Below, piece by piece: positions 20,050 through 30,494 of a stretch of 59,038 bases of DNA. How positions within the stretch are numbered: position 1 is the first letter of the stretch; the number at the start of each line of letters is the position of its first letter. A program made the translations under genes and the position numbers. Under the pieces are notes generated by a model, which was not told where the DNA came from, searched no databases, and saw only the letters and a program-made list of their open reading frames with translations. Origin of the DNA: a virus (Duplodnaviria; Caudoviricetes); the IMG/VR virus record IMGVR_UViG_3300025659_000001, positions 1 through 59,038 of that record, one strand, 5' to 3'.

Positions 20050-20357
20050 TAGTAGCCCTCCACATCTTCTGGGTTAATAAGTTCGCCTATATTCTCACCA
20101 CCATAACGTACTTGTGATATATGAATCAGTTGGTCGTCACGAGTGATACTTGATAGGACTCCAGATAGGCTATCTGTCAAATCATAATATTGCTGGTCTA
20201 CCACAGTGCTGAATGTGTCATGTGCAGTCTTAGTTTGAGCACCATCATCTGCGAATCTTTCCATTGCTTGGTTAAACCACAAAATCATCTGAGTCTCACC
20301 GAGTTCAGGATGATGTTGAGATGTGAGTTCAAGCAGTTGTCTTGTAGTTAAAGCCAT
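20049..20357 (-). CDS. Head-tail adaptor, N-terminal-like half
   Basis: ILWFNQAM..FA...TVVDQQYYDL pattern; first gene after the MCP. Confidence 0.55.
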   Translation of the reverse strand: MALTTRQLLELTSQHHPELGETQMILWFNQAMERFADDGAQTKTAHDTFSTVVDQQYYDLTDSLSGVLSSITRDDQLIHISQVRYGGENIGELINPEDVEGY

Positions 20358-20369
20358 GTCTTACCCCTT

Positions 20370-20399
20370 ATGGAAGGGAAGGGGCCGAAGCCCCTCCCC
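20370..20399 (-). terminator. GC-rich UUCG hairpin after the major capsid gene (terminator/attenuator)
   Basis: GGGGAGGGGC-TTCG-GCCCCTTCCC on the minus strand; weak U tail. Confidence 0.65.
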
Positions 20400-20411
20400 A
20401 TTTGGTTTATC

Positions 20412-21956
20412 TTACGACCACATTGCGTGGGACTCAGGACATGACCATTCATATCCAGCTTCCGTGAGGATAAGGTCAACACGCTTGTCAATACCAGTGT
20501 TCTCTAGAGTCTGAACACCGACATAGATGGAAGTATCACGGTTTAACCCGTTACCCTTGAGAGGACGATATTTCACGTTCTTCAAGTTGATACCTAGCAT
20601 CTTGACAGAGCTTCCGTCAAGGTGGATATTACGCATGACATTCATATCACCATAAGGTGTGAATATCTTGGTAGTAGCCAGACCTAAGAGCTTACCACGA
20701 CCTTGAACGGTCAGGTCAGCACGGAACTGGGTGTTGATGTCCACGTTGTTACCGAAGTAACCACCAATTTTATGCAGCCAGTTATATGTGTCAGTATCAC
20801 ACATGAAGACTGTTGCACCAGCTTGGTTGTAACGTGGGTCGAAGTAACTCGACATATCTATAAGGAAATCATCAGAATCCTTGGTAGCAGTATTCAATGA
20901 GAATACGTTACCATGATTAACGATGAAGTCAACAGCACCCTGAGTAGTTCGGTATGTTCCAGACTGTGCTGAGAACAGACCCATTTCCTCTAAGTCCCAT
21001 TTATGCTCAATGAGCTTTTCTTTCCAGATACGTTCCCATTCATTCGGAGCAAGCTTCAGCACAGTTGCCCGGTCAGTATTGGTCATTGCCAGAGCAGTTT
21101 TCACTATCTGGGTCTGTCCATAACTGGTCAGGAAGGGCTGGTCGTTCCATGTCTGGGGTACGCCAGTACCTTTGCCCCACACGTTACTAATAACGTATGA
21201 ACGCATAGGCTCTAGAGATGTTGAGATTACTTTGCTATATACTGTAAAATCAGCAGCAGCACCGATTGGTACGTTGCTTGTATATGATGTGTATTCACCA
21301 CTTGCAGCTTTAACAACAGTACCAGTCAACAGCACGACAGAGCGTGTTACTGCTTGGATAGTTTTGTCGCCAGCATCTCCAACAGTATCTACACGGAAAA
21401 CCATATAGTCACTAATTGCAGTGCCACCATCAGCAGTAGCCGACAAATTCACCTTCACCAGTTGATTAGGAAGGAAGAATATTGGGGCTGTACCAGCGTC
21501 ACCGACATCAATCTTGTTGTTAGAGTTGCCATAGACGTTCTGCAAGTTACCTTCAGACTTATAATCAGTCGCAAAGTATATCTTTACAGTGTCGCCAGCA
21601 GCGATTGTTTCATTACTGCCATCATCTAAACCATTATAGTTCTGGAGTGTAGCATCATCAAAAGAATCATCATCTGTTGTAACTACGTGGCCCATTGGAT
21701 ACGCATAGCGTTTATGCCAACTGGGACGTTTTTCAATATACTTGAAAGTTGGGTCGTCAGTTGGGTCACGCCTTACCTTACTTACTAAACGAAAGAAAGG
21801 GTCTTGGGGAATATTTAGTTCTGAGATACGTTTCCCAAAGTTATATCGCCTCCGAAGGTCACCAGTATTATACGCCGAGGCATCACCACTGTCTCGGTCA
21901 TAATCGGTAAAAGTACCGATATCATTACCACTTGAATATAGTATTTCAGCAGCCAT
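20412..21956 (-). CDS. Major capsid protein (SU10/DUF5309-like HK97 fold)
   Basis: QTQIVKT, EHKWDLE and RTTQG motifs; follows portal and scaffold; downstream hairpin. Confidence 0.85.
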   Translation of the reverse strand: MAAEILYSSGNDIGTFTDYDRDSGDASAYNTGDLRRRYNFGKRISELNIPQDPFFRLVSKVRRDPTDDPTFKYIEKRPSWHKRYAYPMGHVVTTDDDSFDDATLQNYNGLDDGSNETIAAGDTVKIYFATDYKSEGNLQNVYGNSNNKIDVGDAGTAPIFFLPNQLVKVNLSATADGGTAISDYMVFRVDTVGDAGDKTIQAVTRSVVLLTGTVVKAASGEYTSYTSNVPIGAAADFTVYSKVISTSLEPMRSYVISNVWGKGTGVPQTWNDQPFLTSYGQTQIVKTALAMTNTDRATVLKLAPNEWERIWKEKLIEHKWDLEEMGLFSAQSGTYRTTQGAVDFIVNHGNVFSLNTATKDSDDFLIDMSSYFDPRYNQAGATVFMCDTDTYNWLHKIGGYFGNNVDINTQFRADLTVQGRGKLLGLATTKIFTPYGDMNVMRNIHLDGSSVKMLGINLKNVKYRPLKGNGLNRDTSIYVGVQTLENTGIDKRVDLILTEAGYEWSCPESHAMWS

Positions 21957-21982
21957 TTTTTTACTCTCCTATTATTCTCCGA

Positions 21983-22957
21983 TTAAGATATTTCAAAATC
22001 GAATATGTTGTCCAAGTTATCTTCTGTACTAAGCATTCTATCGAAGAGAACGTCGTCTTGCGAGCGACTGTCTCCTCCATCATCAGAACTTATAGCAGCA
22101 CCTTGGCTTGTTGGCAGCTTTCTAACACCCTGCATCTGCTCAAGCATTTCCTTCTTCTGAGCATTTGCGATGTTTTTAGTGGCATTTTCACGGTTTAGAA
22201 TTAAGTCAAGGTCTGGAAGCGTCATGATATGAGATTTGGCGCGTGCCATCATATCACCGAACTGTTCTTCCGTCATTCCACGCTCTTTCATAAACACCTT
22301 CGCTTCCTGCTGTTGTTTTATCTGCAACTGTGTCTGATGAGCACGAACCTTTTCCTGATTAATTAAGTCAGAAGCACGTTTTTGTACCATCTTATCCACG
22401 TATGTCGCAAGCACCTTACCAGAATCTGTATCTTGGTCGAGTGCCTCATCAGCATTAAAATGAAAATCCTCACCTAGCCCAAGCTGTTCTTGGATACTTT
22501 TCGCTGGTTTACCACCAGACGTTAAGTAATCCTCGACATAATCAACTAAGCCGGAGTCTTGTTTCATTGCCTGAAGAATAGGGGCAAAAGTTTTTAGTTC
22601 TTGCAATTCCTTATTCTCAGCAGCTAGCCGTTGAGCTTCACGGCTTGAATCAGAGTATCGGCCTTCTAAGTTAGCAAGACGTTCTTCTAATTCTGTTTGT
22701 CCACTTGAACTGGAGCCTTCCCGCCGTTTAGGTGATTTTTTGGCTGTTACACCGTCACCTCTACGACCTTCGGGGTTACCTTGGGGGACTGGCGCAGGGA
22801 ATCCTTCATTATCATCTTCTCCTGATAAATCGAACTGTGAACCATTAACTTTGAGATCGAGGGCCTCAAAGAAATCAGCGTTACCGTCGGAGCCGTCATC
22901 AACCATTGATAAGTCAATATTGGGGTTACCTACGATTCCTGTGCTTTCTTTACCCAT
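21983..22957 (-). CDS. Capsid scaffolding protein
   Basis: Acidic disordered N-terminus and RYSDSSREAQRL coiled coil; lies between portal and MCP. Confidence 0.75.
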   Translation of the reverse strand: MGKESTGIVGNPNIDLSMVDDGSDGNADFFEALDLKVNGSQFDLSGEDDNEGFPAPVPQGNPEGRRGDGVTAKKSPKRREGSSSSGQTELEERLANLEGRYSDSSREAQRLAAENKELQELKTFAPILQAMKQDSGLVDYVEDYLTSGGKPAKSIQEQLGLGEDFHFNADEALDQDTDSGKVLATYVDKMVQKRASDLINQEKVRAHQTQLQIKQQQEAKVFMKERGMTEEQFGDMMARAKSHIMTLPDLDLILNRENATKNIANAQKKEMLEQMQGVRKLPTSQGAAISSDDGGDSRSQDDVLFDRMLSTEDNLDNIFDFEIS

Positions 22958-22977
22958 TTTTACCTCCTGCGAATAAT

Positions 22978-25254
22978 CTAACTATTATTCTTGTTTTTGT
23001 CAACAGATTTCTCTTGACTTTGTTGCATTTGTGCTTTTGCACTTGTAACTTCGTTCAAGACCTTTTGTTTTGCAGCCGTGTCAGTTAGGATTTTATCGAG
23101 AGCAACTTCATAGTCTTTCTCCATTCCACCTACCTTTAGGGCAGCCTGTGTAACCTTTTCCTTGATTCCAGCCTGTACCAACTGACGCTCCAGAGTTTCG
23201 ACGGTTCCCTCTGAATCGCTCAGAGCTTCTTCCATCTGTTCTATCTTGCCTGCCATCTGTGCATACTGAGATTTTCTCTGAGCAATGCGTTCTTTATCCT
23301 TGATGTCAGTCTCTGCGAGCACAGCCAAGTCATCAACGACACCAAGCTGTAACAGTTCTTTGAGTTCAGCAAGATAAGCCCAGCGATTAACAGGCATTGT
23401 GGAACCAGATACAATTCTGACATCCATCTTACATGCTTGATAATCCATGCTCTTACCGATTGCTTCGCCCATATCACTATATAGCGGTATGTTGAACTCG
23501 ACTTCACGCTCCTCAAGTATATGAGAAGGCTGTACGATACGGAATCGCTTATTGGCGGTATAGGTTGCTTGGGTGAACTGAAGTATAATCTTCCCTAGTT
23601 GACGTAAAGAAGGTTCTATCGACTGTTTCATCCATTGCTTGATTCGTCGAGTGCCATACTCATCAAGGGCAAGCATCCCTCTAAACGTTTCATGCTGTGA
23701 ACTTGTGTCACCTTGCATACTAGCGTAAATTCCCGCTAGATACTCCATGTCATTCTTATCATTCTGTATCAGAGTGAAGAATGCGTTGGGTAACTGTGCT
23801 GGCAATACAGGTTGTGGGGCCTTTTCAGCTCCGGGCTTAACTGGTAAAAGTGCGCCGGGACTAGCTGAATATTTCTCCCAAACTCTAGCATCAATCGTTC
23901 CTTCTTCATATATCCATCGCAAGGAAGAACCCAGCGTAGCGTTATGGATAAGCAACTGGTGCATCTTATTGATTTCCATCTGTTTACCTACCAGTGGGCT
24001 TACAGCCGACATTGGGAAAGGCGTACCAGTCCATTTGTAATGGAAGGGAACAATAGGATATTCAGTCACTCTTTCATGAAGAACTTTTTCCCATAGCACA
24101 ATATCACCGACCATGACAGTCTGTCTGATTCGTGTGCCGTTGAACTTGATAGCGTCGACAATTTGCTTCGCAAATTTCGCCACGCTAGCCAATTTATCAT
24201 ACTCTTTTTGAGACACTATCTTATTCTCAATCTTAGATAGTTCAGCCTGAACCTTACTCATGTGTTCCTGCACTGCAACTTGAATCTGTTGTTCAGCCAT
24301 CTTCTGAGCCTTCTGCATTTCCAAGTCCATACGGGCTTGAAGCATTTTGCCTTCCTGCACGGCTTGCATCATCTGTTGCTGTTGTTCCATTAACTGAACT
24401 TGCATTTCCTGAGTAATCTCTTGCTGGTAAACCTTCGCAGCCTGTTGAGCCTGCTTGAGTTGTGCCTTAGTAAGAGGTTTGCGGTAAAAGACGTTCACAT
24501 AAGGAACTCTAATCTTCTCATACATTTCAAAGTATTCGATAAGTTGTTCATGTGTACCATCGGGGTTGATAACATCTGACATCCCATAATCATCATGTGG
24601 ATTGAACAGATGCTGGTCACCACCAATCTCTTTTTCGCTTGTGTCATAATAATTAGAGTCATTCCCAGTAGCCTTTTTAATCTTGGCTTGATAATTTGGG
24701 AACATTCTAATGAGATACGATTTAGGTAAAAGCTTTCTAATAAAAATATAGCCAGCATCACGAAATAACATATCTCGACTTTTGGGGTCTGGAAAGACAT
24801 CCCAAGGATGTACTGTGTCTAATACTACTTCGCCTGCTCCGTCGTCCATATCTGTGTCAACTGAACATATCATATAACCAAGACTCTTTGTTATTGAGTC
24901 ATTGATTACATTGCCATATTTGGTTTGACCATCTGACAAATGCCAGACATATTCAGAGAGACTACTGAAAACCGCAGCAACCGCAGAATCAGACCCTTCC
25001 ACACCCACAGCCCGCCAGCGAGGATTGTTCGCTGTCGCATAGAAATTGAGCATTTCCACAACTGGCAAGATGCGATTAACGGTGTGATAAGGCATTCCTT
25101 GTGCTTTTAAGTCATCAATCTGACTCTCTGTAAGTTGGACATCGTGAGCGAAGTCATTGCCACGCACATTAATCTTGCGCCACTGATGGCGGTTTTGACC
25201 ATTCGATATATTGAACAGTTGCCTAATTTGCGTAGATTTCTTCTCTCGTGCCAT
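22978..25254 (-). CDS. Portal protein (P22-like)
   Basis: 758 aa; NRILPVV, DVFPDP and YPIVPF...Q.EINK motifs; C-terminal coiled-coil barrel. Confidence 0.88.
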   Translation of the reverse strand: MAREKKSTQIRQLFNISNGQNRHQWRKINVRGNDFAHDVQLTESQIDDLKAQGMPYHTVNRILPVVEMLNFYATANNPRWRAVGVEGSDSAVAAVFSSLSEYVWHLSDGQTKYGNVINDSITKSLGYMICSVDTDMDDGAGEVVLDTVHPWDVFPDPKSRDMLFRDAGYIFIRKLLPKSYLIRMFPNYQAKIKKATGNDSNYYDTSEKEIGGDQHLFNPHDDYGMSDVINPDGTHEQLIEYFEMYEKIRVPYVNVFYRKPLTKAQLKQAQQAAKVYQQEITQEMQVQLMEQQQQMMQAVQEGKMLQARMDLEMQKAQKMAEQQIQVAVQEHMSKVQAELSKIENKIVSQKEYDKLASVAKFAKQIVDAIKFNGTRIRQTVMVGDIVLWEKVLHERVTEYPIVPFHYKWTGTPFPMSAVSPLVGKQMEINKMHQLLIHNATLGSSLRWIYEEGTIDARVWEKYSASPGALLPVKPGAEKAPQPVLPAQLPNAFFTLIQNDKNDMEYLAGIYASMQGDTSSQHETFRGMLALDEYGTRRIKQWMKQSIEPSLRQLGKIILQFTQATYTANKRFRIVQPSHILEEREVEFNIPLYSDMGEAIGKSMDYQACKMDVRIVSGSTMPVNRWAYLAELKELLQLGVVDDLAVLAETDIKDKERIAQRKSQYAQMAGKIEQMEEALSDSEGTVETLERQLVQAGIKEKVTQAALKVGGMEKDYEVALDKILTDTAAKQKVLNEVTSAKAQMQQSQEKSVDKNKNNS

Positions 25255-25263
25255 AATTTACTC

Positions 25264-26052
25264 CTAGTTTCTTACTCTACTGTCTTTAATAACTACCATT
25301 GAAAATCCACCAGCCACATGAGCACCAGAGGCAGAAGCCTTTGCATCCAAATGAATGTCTGCACGACCATCTATTCTTTTAGGTGGGTCAAATGTGTAAG
25401 GCACACTAGAGCCAGCATAGCCAGCTAATTCGTGTTTCACATTCTCAACTTCACCATAAGCATGTGCATGGATACGAGCAATTAAACCCTTTGTATCATT
25501 TGTGGTAGCATGAACAGACATGATATATGCTTTATGCCCAAAAGGTACGTGAGCATGTGTTCCCATTGACTGACCATAACCGATTGGGATACTGTAATAT
25601 ACAGTCGCTGGTACACCAGTGGTGACTGTTCCAGTTCCCGCATAGATGATTCCTGCATTTGTTCCACCACTACCAGCAGCAATAACTCTTAGCCTATAAA
25701 TACGGTAAAATAATGCTGTTGTTAATACGGTAGTCCGACCATCCATAGCTACTGTTTCCTGCACTTTGTCTCCTGCAAAGTTAAAGCCATACACAATTAC
25801 CGATGTGGCTCCTGTACTGCCGACATCATCTGCTGTTGAGGCTGACGTAATCTTCACGACTGAATCAGCAGTCCACGCAGACCAATCTACTGGTACAGCA
25901 TCTATATCCAAAAAGGAAGTCCCTACGGCAGTGTTATGACCAAACTTATGGCTCACTTCCCAACCGGGGATAAGGTTTGCAGCAATCAACATCCCTTTGG
26001 ATGCGATGACATTAAGCGCATGTTGAAAATTAAAGCGACTAATTCCTAGCAT
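25264..26052 (-). CDS. Hypothetical, probably structural, beta-rich protein
   Basis: 262 aa, Gly/Ala/Thr-rich; between terL and portal. Confidence 0.55.
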   Translation of the reverse strand: MLGISRFNFQHALNVIASKGMLIAANLIPGWEVSHKFGHNTAVGTSFLDIDAVPVDWSAWTADSVVKITSASTADDVGSTGATSVIVYGFNFAGDKVQETVAMDGRTTVLTTALFYRIYRLRVIAAGSGGTNAGIIYAGTGTVTTGVPATVYYSIPIGYGQSMGTHAHVPFGHKAYIMSVHATTNDTKGLIARIHAHAYGEVENVKHELAGYAGSSVPYTFDPPKRIDGRADIHLDAKASASGAHVAGGFSMVVIKDSRVRN

Positions 26053-26061
26053 AGTTATCTC

Positions 26062-27645
26062 CTAACTTGTAACCCAATCTCTGGGTTTTGGTTTAAATGA
26101 TACATATTCACCGCTATCTGCATCCTTCTTCGCATTCGGTGGATGTGCGAACTTGATGGCATACGCCAAGGCATCAATAGTATCATCATGTGCCATACGT
26201 GGGCCGAAGGTTAAAATTTCTCGCTGAAGGTCATAATGGTTCTTCTTGATATGAAGTTGCCCAACAGGTAGTCGGGGTTCCAGTATGCCTTGTATTCTAT
26301 CTCTCTTAGACATGTGATTACCGGGTTTCTCCGGCCTGAATGGTAGTGACCAGTTGTTACGTCTCATCATCTCTGAACGTACTGCTTGGATAACTGGTTT
26401 TGACATGCTGGTGTCCTCAATCACAAACAAATTAGGGTGGTATGTGCTTGACATATTGAACATATAGTCAACAATACCGGGTTTATCAGAGCCGGGAATA
26501 CCCAGTACTGGTAAAGACCTTTTGCGAATTGGGTCTAGCGTATATATCATATTATCTGAGTCTACTGCCACTGGTTGCATTACAGAGAAATCAGCGTCTC
26601 GTCTTATAGAATCTGTGGCAGGGTCAACGCCAACAAAGACATTAACTGGTCGCCAGTCTTCCTCAACTGCGATTCCATTACGGTCTGTGACCTTTAATAG
26701 ATTAAGCCCGGAATCGTCATCGTGCTTAAATATACCATCCCAATAACGTATATGGTCTCTTCTAAAGATTGAATCTTCTTCACTCTGAACCTCCATCATA
26801 TATTCTTGATAAAACTTTTGTGGTGTGCCTGAGTCAGCATAGAATTTCTTCTTACGCTCAAGCTCTTTATGTCCAAACCAACTGGGCCATAATGCTGTAC
26901 CATCTTCTTGAACTGCTTTATGTGTTACAACATCCCATGAATAATCTTTACCTTCTTTCATGGCTTGTTCATAACCTACAAGTATTCTCTGAATAAAAGA
27001 GTCAAAGTGAACAGGAGTACCATTTATACGTAGTCTACCTGTCTTTGGCTCCAATGCTGGGAATACAACTGCTGTTACAAGGTTGGCAATCTTAGACCTA
27101 GAGTCTGGTGTTAATGTATTGGTTTCGTCCTCAAAATCATCAAGCACTACAAGTTCGTAACGCTTATGGAGCTTGGCAGCTCCACGTATACCAGAAAGGT
27201 TTGATTTTGATACGAGTTTACAACCATTAGCTAATTCAATATCATCTTCAGTCCATTTACGACCTTTCATTGTACCAAAATAGTATTTGATACGGTCGTT
27301 ATACTCTAAGTGATATTTAACATAGTCAAGGTTGGGTATGGAGATACGACTTGAAGCAGCAACCCAGCCATAGAATAATGGGTCTTTGGGGTCTGCGAAA
27401 CAGAAGTCATGTAAAATATTTGCTTTAGTTAGTACGGTTTTGCCATGTCCACGAGGTAGAATGATAGCTTGCTGCCGAATATTCCAATCCAGCAGCTTAT
27501 CAGCTATCGTATAATGAAAAAAAGGTGTTTCTGAACGTCTAAAATCATCAGGTAAAAATAATTTACCGTAAGCAATCAGGTCATTCTTTGCTAACTGGAG
27601 TGCCTGTTCCTTCTGACTTACGTTCCCTATGTGTACTGCTGTCAT
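26062..27645 (-). CDS. terL: Terminase large subunit
   Basis: Walker A PRGHGKT, Walker B VVLDD, GTP coupling motif, nuclease motifs GVDPA and HDDTIDALAY. Confidence 0.95.
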   Translation of the reverse strand: MTAVHIGNVSQKEQALQLAKNDLIAYGKLFLPDDFRRSETPFFHYTIADKLLDWNIRQQAIILPRGHGKTVLTKANILHDFCFADPKDPLFYGWVAASSRISIPNLDYVKYHLEYNDRIKYYFGTMKGRKWTEDDIELANGCKLVSKSNLSGIRGAAKLHKRYELVVLDDFEDETNTLTPDSRSKIANLVTAVVFPALEPKTGRLRINGTPVHFDSFIQRILVGYEQAMKEGKDYSWDVVTHKAVQEDGTALWPSWFGHKELERKKKFYADSGTPQKFYQEYMMEVQSEEDSIFRRDHIRYWDGIFKHDDDSGLNLLKVTDRNGIAVEEDWRPVNVFVGVDPATDSIRRDADFSVMQPVAVDSDNMIYTLDPIRKRSLPVLGIPGSDKPGIVDYMFNMSSTYHPNLFVIEDTSMSKPVIQAVRSEMMRRNNWSLPFRPEKPGNHMSKRDRIQGILEPRLPVGQLHIKKNHYDLQREILTFGPRMAHDDTIDALAYAIKFAHPPNAKKDADSGEYVSFKPKPRDWVTS

Positions 27646-27877
27646 CTACCGTCTGCTCCTGTGCCTTGAGTTTTGCTTGCGCTTCAACTTCGGTCTTTTT
27701 CTTATCTAAAAATGCCAATACTTCATCCTCGTGTGTCTCATAATAATGCTCCACTATGATTTCTACGTCAGCTAATCGGCTGTGCAATATCTGAATTGCC
27801 TGATTAAGCTGTAAAATAGCCGATTGTACGTAACCCTTGGGCATTTGTCGTTTTCCTTTTCTAGTACTCATTCTCAT
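27581..27877 (-). CDS. Hypothetical coiled-coil protein
   Basis: ORF upstream of terL; the true start may be MPKGY. Confidence 0.5.
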   Translation of the reverse strand: MRMSTRKGKRQMPKGYVQSAILQLNQAIQILHSRLADVEIIVEHYYETHEDEVLAFLDKKKTEVEAQAKLKAQEQTVDDSSTHRERKSEGTGTPVSKE

Positions 27878-28055
27878 ATGCCTTTCGTTGCTTCATTGAT
27901 TCTTCTAATTCAAATTGGTCAAATATTGGGTCATTTGATTCAAATTCTTTGTCAAGTTTAGCGAAAAACTGACCATCAGGCAGGCGAACCATTCCGTTTG
28001 ATTGAATTGTAATGCCTTCCTTGAATACTCTTGTTGATATGTCTATGTCACTCAT
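27861..28055 (-). CDS. Hypothetical protein
   Basis: 64-aa ORF. Confidence 0.5.
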   Translation of the reverse strand: MSDIDISTRVFKEGITIQSNGMVRLPDGQFFAKLDKEFESNDPIFDQFELEESMKQRKAYENEY

Positions 28056-28123
28056 CTTCTGGTTCCTTGACGTTTTCGTGGTTTATTGGCTGCTTTTTGT
28101 TCCATATCGCTCTCCATGTGTAT

Positions 28124-28152
28124 AAATTAACTGGGTTTGTGTACTAAAACAA
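28124..28152 (-). promoter_or_regulatory. Candidate sigma70-type promoter for the packaging/structural genes
   Basis: TTGTTT-17 nt-TAATTT in the intergenic gap. Confidence 0.4.
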
Positions 28153-28155
28153 GCT

Positions 28156-28905
28156 TTATTCTTCAATTACTGCCTCTTGTATTTCATTTGGTGATGCTGC
28201 CGTATCAATTTCACTGTCTAGAAACCCAGAAAACTGTGCTGCTCCCACCTGTAATGTCTGAACTTGTGCAGTATCATCCATTGTTCGTAGCTTTTTAAAG
28301 GTATCGAGAACTTTCAGCCTATCTGCTGGTTTCGCATCTAATGCTGATAGTTCCTCTAAGTACTTCTGAAGTATAAACTCATCAGTGATACCTAGTTTTT
28401 CCATTAATGGTGCTAATTCTTTCTTCATTTCTTCTCCAACTCTGTTTGTGGCGACTAAACGAGCTCCTGCTACTTGTGCATAGCCGGGATTAGTGGTGGG
28501 AAATGACTCAAGGTACGCTTTTGAAATAGGTGTACCCGCCATAATCTTCTTGACAAAGACTATTTCATTCGGGGTACAGTTCTCACGTATCTTTAATCGC
28601 TCTTCTGGTAAGATGTTACCACCAAATGCCCATATATTTACTCGTCTTGACGTATCCATCTTGGCATTTTCACGTATTTCAAAGGTTCCCGTACAGGTTC
28701 CTATGTAATTGCGGGTTCTTACCTTCCCCTTACTCCGTTTCATCGAGCCATATCTCAAAACTTGGATGACACAACCATCATCAGCAGTAACCCAATCATG
28801 CTTCTTGCATTCACGCCAGTCAGCTATCGGGTGTATGTGTTCTGGTATCTCATCGTCTAGTTCGTAGACATGGTGTGTTGTTTTACCTATCTTATAGCTT
28901 CTCAT
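28156..28905 (-). CDS. Putative terminase small subunit
   Basis: HTH-like EIVFVKKIMAG.PISKAY...GARL followed by helical ...ADRLKVLD; lies upstream of terL. Start reassigned to MRSYK at 28905. Confidence 0.6.
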   Translation of the reverse strand: MRSYKIGKTTHHVYELDDEIPEHIHPIADWRECKKHDWVTADDGCVIQVLRYGSMKRSKGKVRTRNYIGTCTGTFEIRENAKMDTSRRVNIWAFGGNILPEERLKIRENCTPNEIVFVKKIMAGTPISKAYLESFPTTNPGYAQVAGARLVATNRVGEEMKKELAPLMEKLGITDEFILQKYLEELSALDAKPADRLKVLDTFKKLRTMDDTAQVQTLQVGAAQFSGFLDSEIDTAASPNEIQEAVIEE

Positions 28906-29212
28906 CGCTTGCAGGTACTCCATATACGAATTGCTCTGCTTGGTCTTTATGTCTGGATGAATGCCAACGATTTGCTCCAATCCATTTAACAGCACGAGCT
29001 TTGGTTAGGTGGTTAGGCATTACATAGAAATTAGTCTTCTCGCCCTTCTGGATATAACCAACATCTATCTGCCTTTGTTTACGAGTAGGTTTACCGATGC
29101 TCCCAAACAGGCTTGATTGGCCTGCAAGGGGGTTAGCAACCGTCTTTTCATATTCATAATCGGGATACCCAGTAGGGGTCTTGCCCAATAATACCATTGA
29201 ATAGATGTCCAT
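28892..29212 (-). CDS. Hypothetical protein
   Basis: 106-aa ORF coupled to its neighbours. Confidence 0.5.
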   Translation of the reverse strand: MDIYSMVLLGKTPTGYPDYEYEKTVANPLAGQSSLFGSIGKPTRKQRQIDVGYIQKGEKTNFYVMPNHLTKARAVKWIGANRWHSSRHKDQAEQFVYGVPASDEKL

Positions 29213-29598
29213 TATTTTATGAAACTCTGTGGTGGTGGGTTGTCAAGTTTCAAGTCTGTACCTATTGTACTGACAATTTTTGTTTTGACGCTTGGTTTTT
29301 CATCTTCAATACTACCCCATAGTAACATGAGGTACATAATGGCATCTTTAATTCGCCCCCTGACATCTTCCCGTTGAGATGTACGGCCTCGCAGAAAGTT
29401 GGAGATTCCATCAAGATGCTTCTTAAAGAATATCCAAAGAACTTTGCGAGGAGCGATATCAACATCGTTAGACATGCGGTTAAAATTATCAAAATGGTCA
29501 TCAGACATAGTATACTCATTTTGCCCATCTTTCCTAACAGCTCTAAGCTGCGGGAAAATGACATCTTCCATGAACTTCTCAAACTTAGCTTGCTCCAT
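29212..29598 (-). CDS. All-alpha NTP-pyrophosphatase-like protein (Nmad1/DUF1599-like)
   Basis: K..EY...D.FDNF...KHLD...EDV...IKD.I.Y..LL pattern; start MEQAKF. Confidence 0.55.
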   Translation of the reverse strand: MEQAKFEKFMEDVIFPQLRAVRKDGQNEYTMSDDHFDNFNRMSNDVDIAPRKVLWIFFKKHLDGISNFLRGRTSQREDVRGRIKDAIMYLMLLWGSIEDEKPSVKTKIVSTIGTDLKLDNPPPQSFIK

Positions 29599-29845
29599 AT
29601 AGCACCCCGTTGTCCAACTTGAACTTAATATCAAGCATAACGGGTTGGAGTGAATGAATTAATGCTGAGAATTTGAAGTATATAAACCCTTCAAAGCTTA
29701 GTTCAGGATAGTTATCTTGCCACATCTTCTGATACTTAGGTCTACTTTCAGTGTACCTAATAACTTCGTGTATCATATCATTCATATCTTCATCACTAAC
29801 AATCATTCTACTGGTGAGTATCTTACTTAAATTATCCATCGACAA
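29585..29845 (-). CDS. Hypothetical protein
   Basis: ORF in a tightly packed cluster. Confidence 0.5.
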   Translation of the reverse strand: MSMDNLSKILTSRMIVSDEDMNDMIHEVIRYTESRPKYQKMWQDNYPELSFEGFIYFKFSALIHSLQPVMLDIKFKLDNGVLYGAS

Positions 29846-30167
29846 TTACCTCTTCCTCTACTGGTTTACGTTTTGGTGTTGATGTGTCTGCTATATTACG
29901 CTCATCTTCTTTAGCTGGAGCGTCGTCGTCATAATGCACCTCCATAAGTGCGAGAGGGGAAATAGGTATATATACATCCTTTGGAGCTGTACGAGCATCA
30001 CTTACTAGGCACTTTACAATAATGAATTTCTCCATTATATCGCCTACCACTGCGTTACGGTATTCGTAGACTTTTTCTGCTGGGAGTACCTGCTGACCCA
30101 TAGCGGTGTCTACTTCTTTGGTGGTTGCTAACTTTACTACTACTCTACTCATCAATATCTCCTTCAT
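29832..30167 (-). CDS. Hypothetical protein
   Basis: ORF in a tightly packed cluster. Confidence 0.5.
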   Translation of the reverse strand: MKEILMSRVVVKLATTKEVDTAMGQQVLPAEKVYEYRNAVVGDIMEKFIIVKCLVSDARTAPKDVYIPISPLALMEVHYDDDAPAKEDERNIADTSTPKRKPVEEEVIVDG

Positions 30168-30486
30168 TGATTTCTATGGTTAGTTCTTTCTGTTTGGCTG
30201 CTGGCATTTCTGGTGCGTCGTTGTTAACGCCAAATGGGAAGTCGTCTATCCAAATATCTGGCATTATCTTGTAGTGTTCTAATAAATATGGAGCTTTAGC
30301 CTGTCGACCCGTGTAGATAACCCTATTGCACCATGATGCGAGAGCAGTATTTACAGGTTCTCTATGCTTATAACGCATTGTTACCAGTATAACATCATGA
30401 CCTCTACCTTGTGCCAATGTGCAGAATTGTCTCCACATGGCTGGGTCTTTGGTCATCGTCTCATCGTAATCCAGTGCAATTATCAT
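30145..30486 (-). CDS. HAD-superfamily phosphatase
   Basis: IIALDYDET (motif I), LVTMR (II), K (III) and WIDD (IV). Confidence 0.8.
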   Translation of the reverse strand: MIIALDYDETMTKDPAMWRQFCTLAQGRGHDVILVTMRYKHREPVNTALASWCNRVIYTGRQAKAPYLLEHYKIMPDIWIDDFPFGVNNDAPEMPAAKQKELTIEINEGDIDE

Positions 30487-30494
30487 ATCAACTC

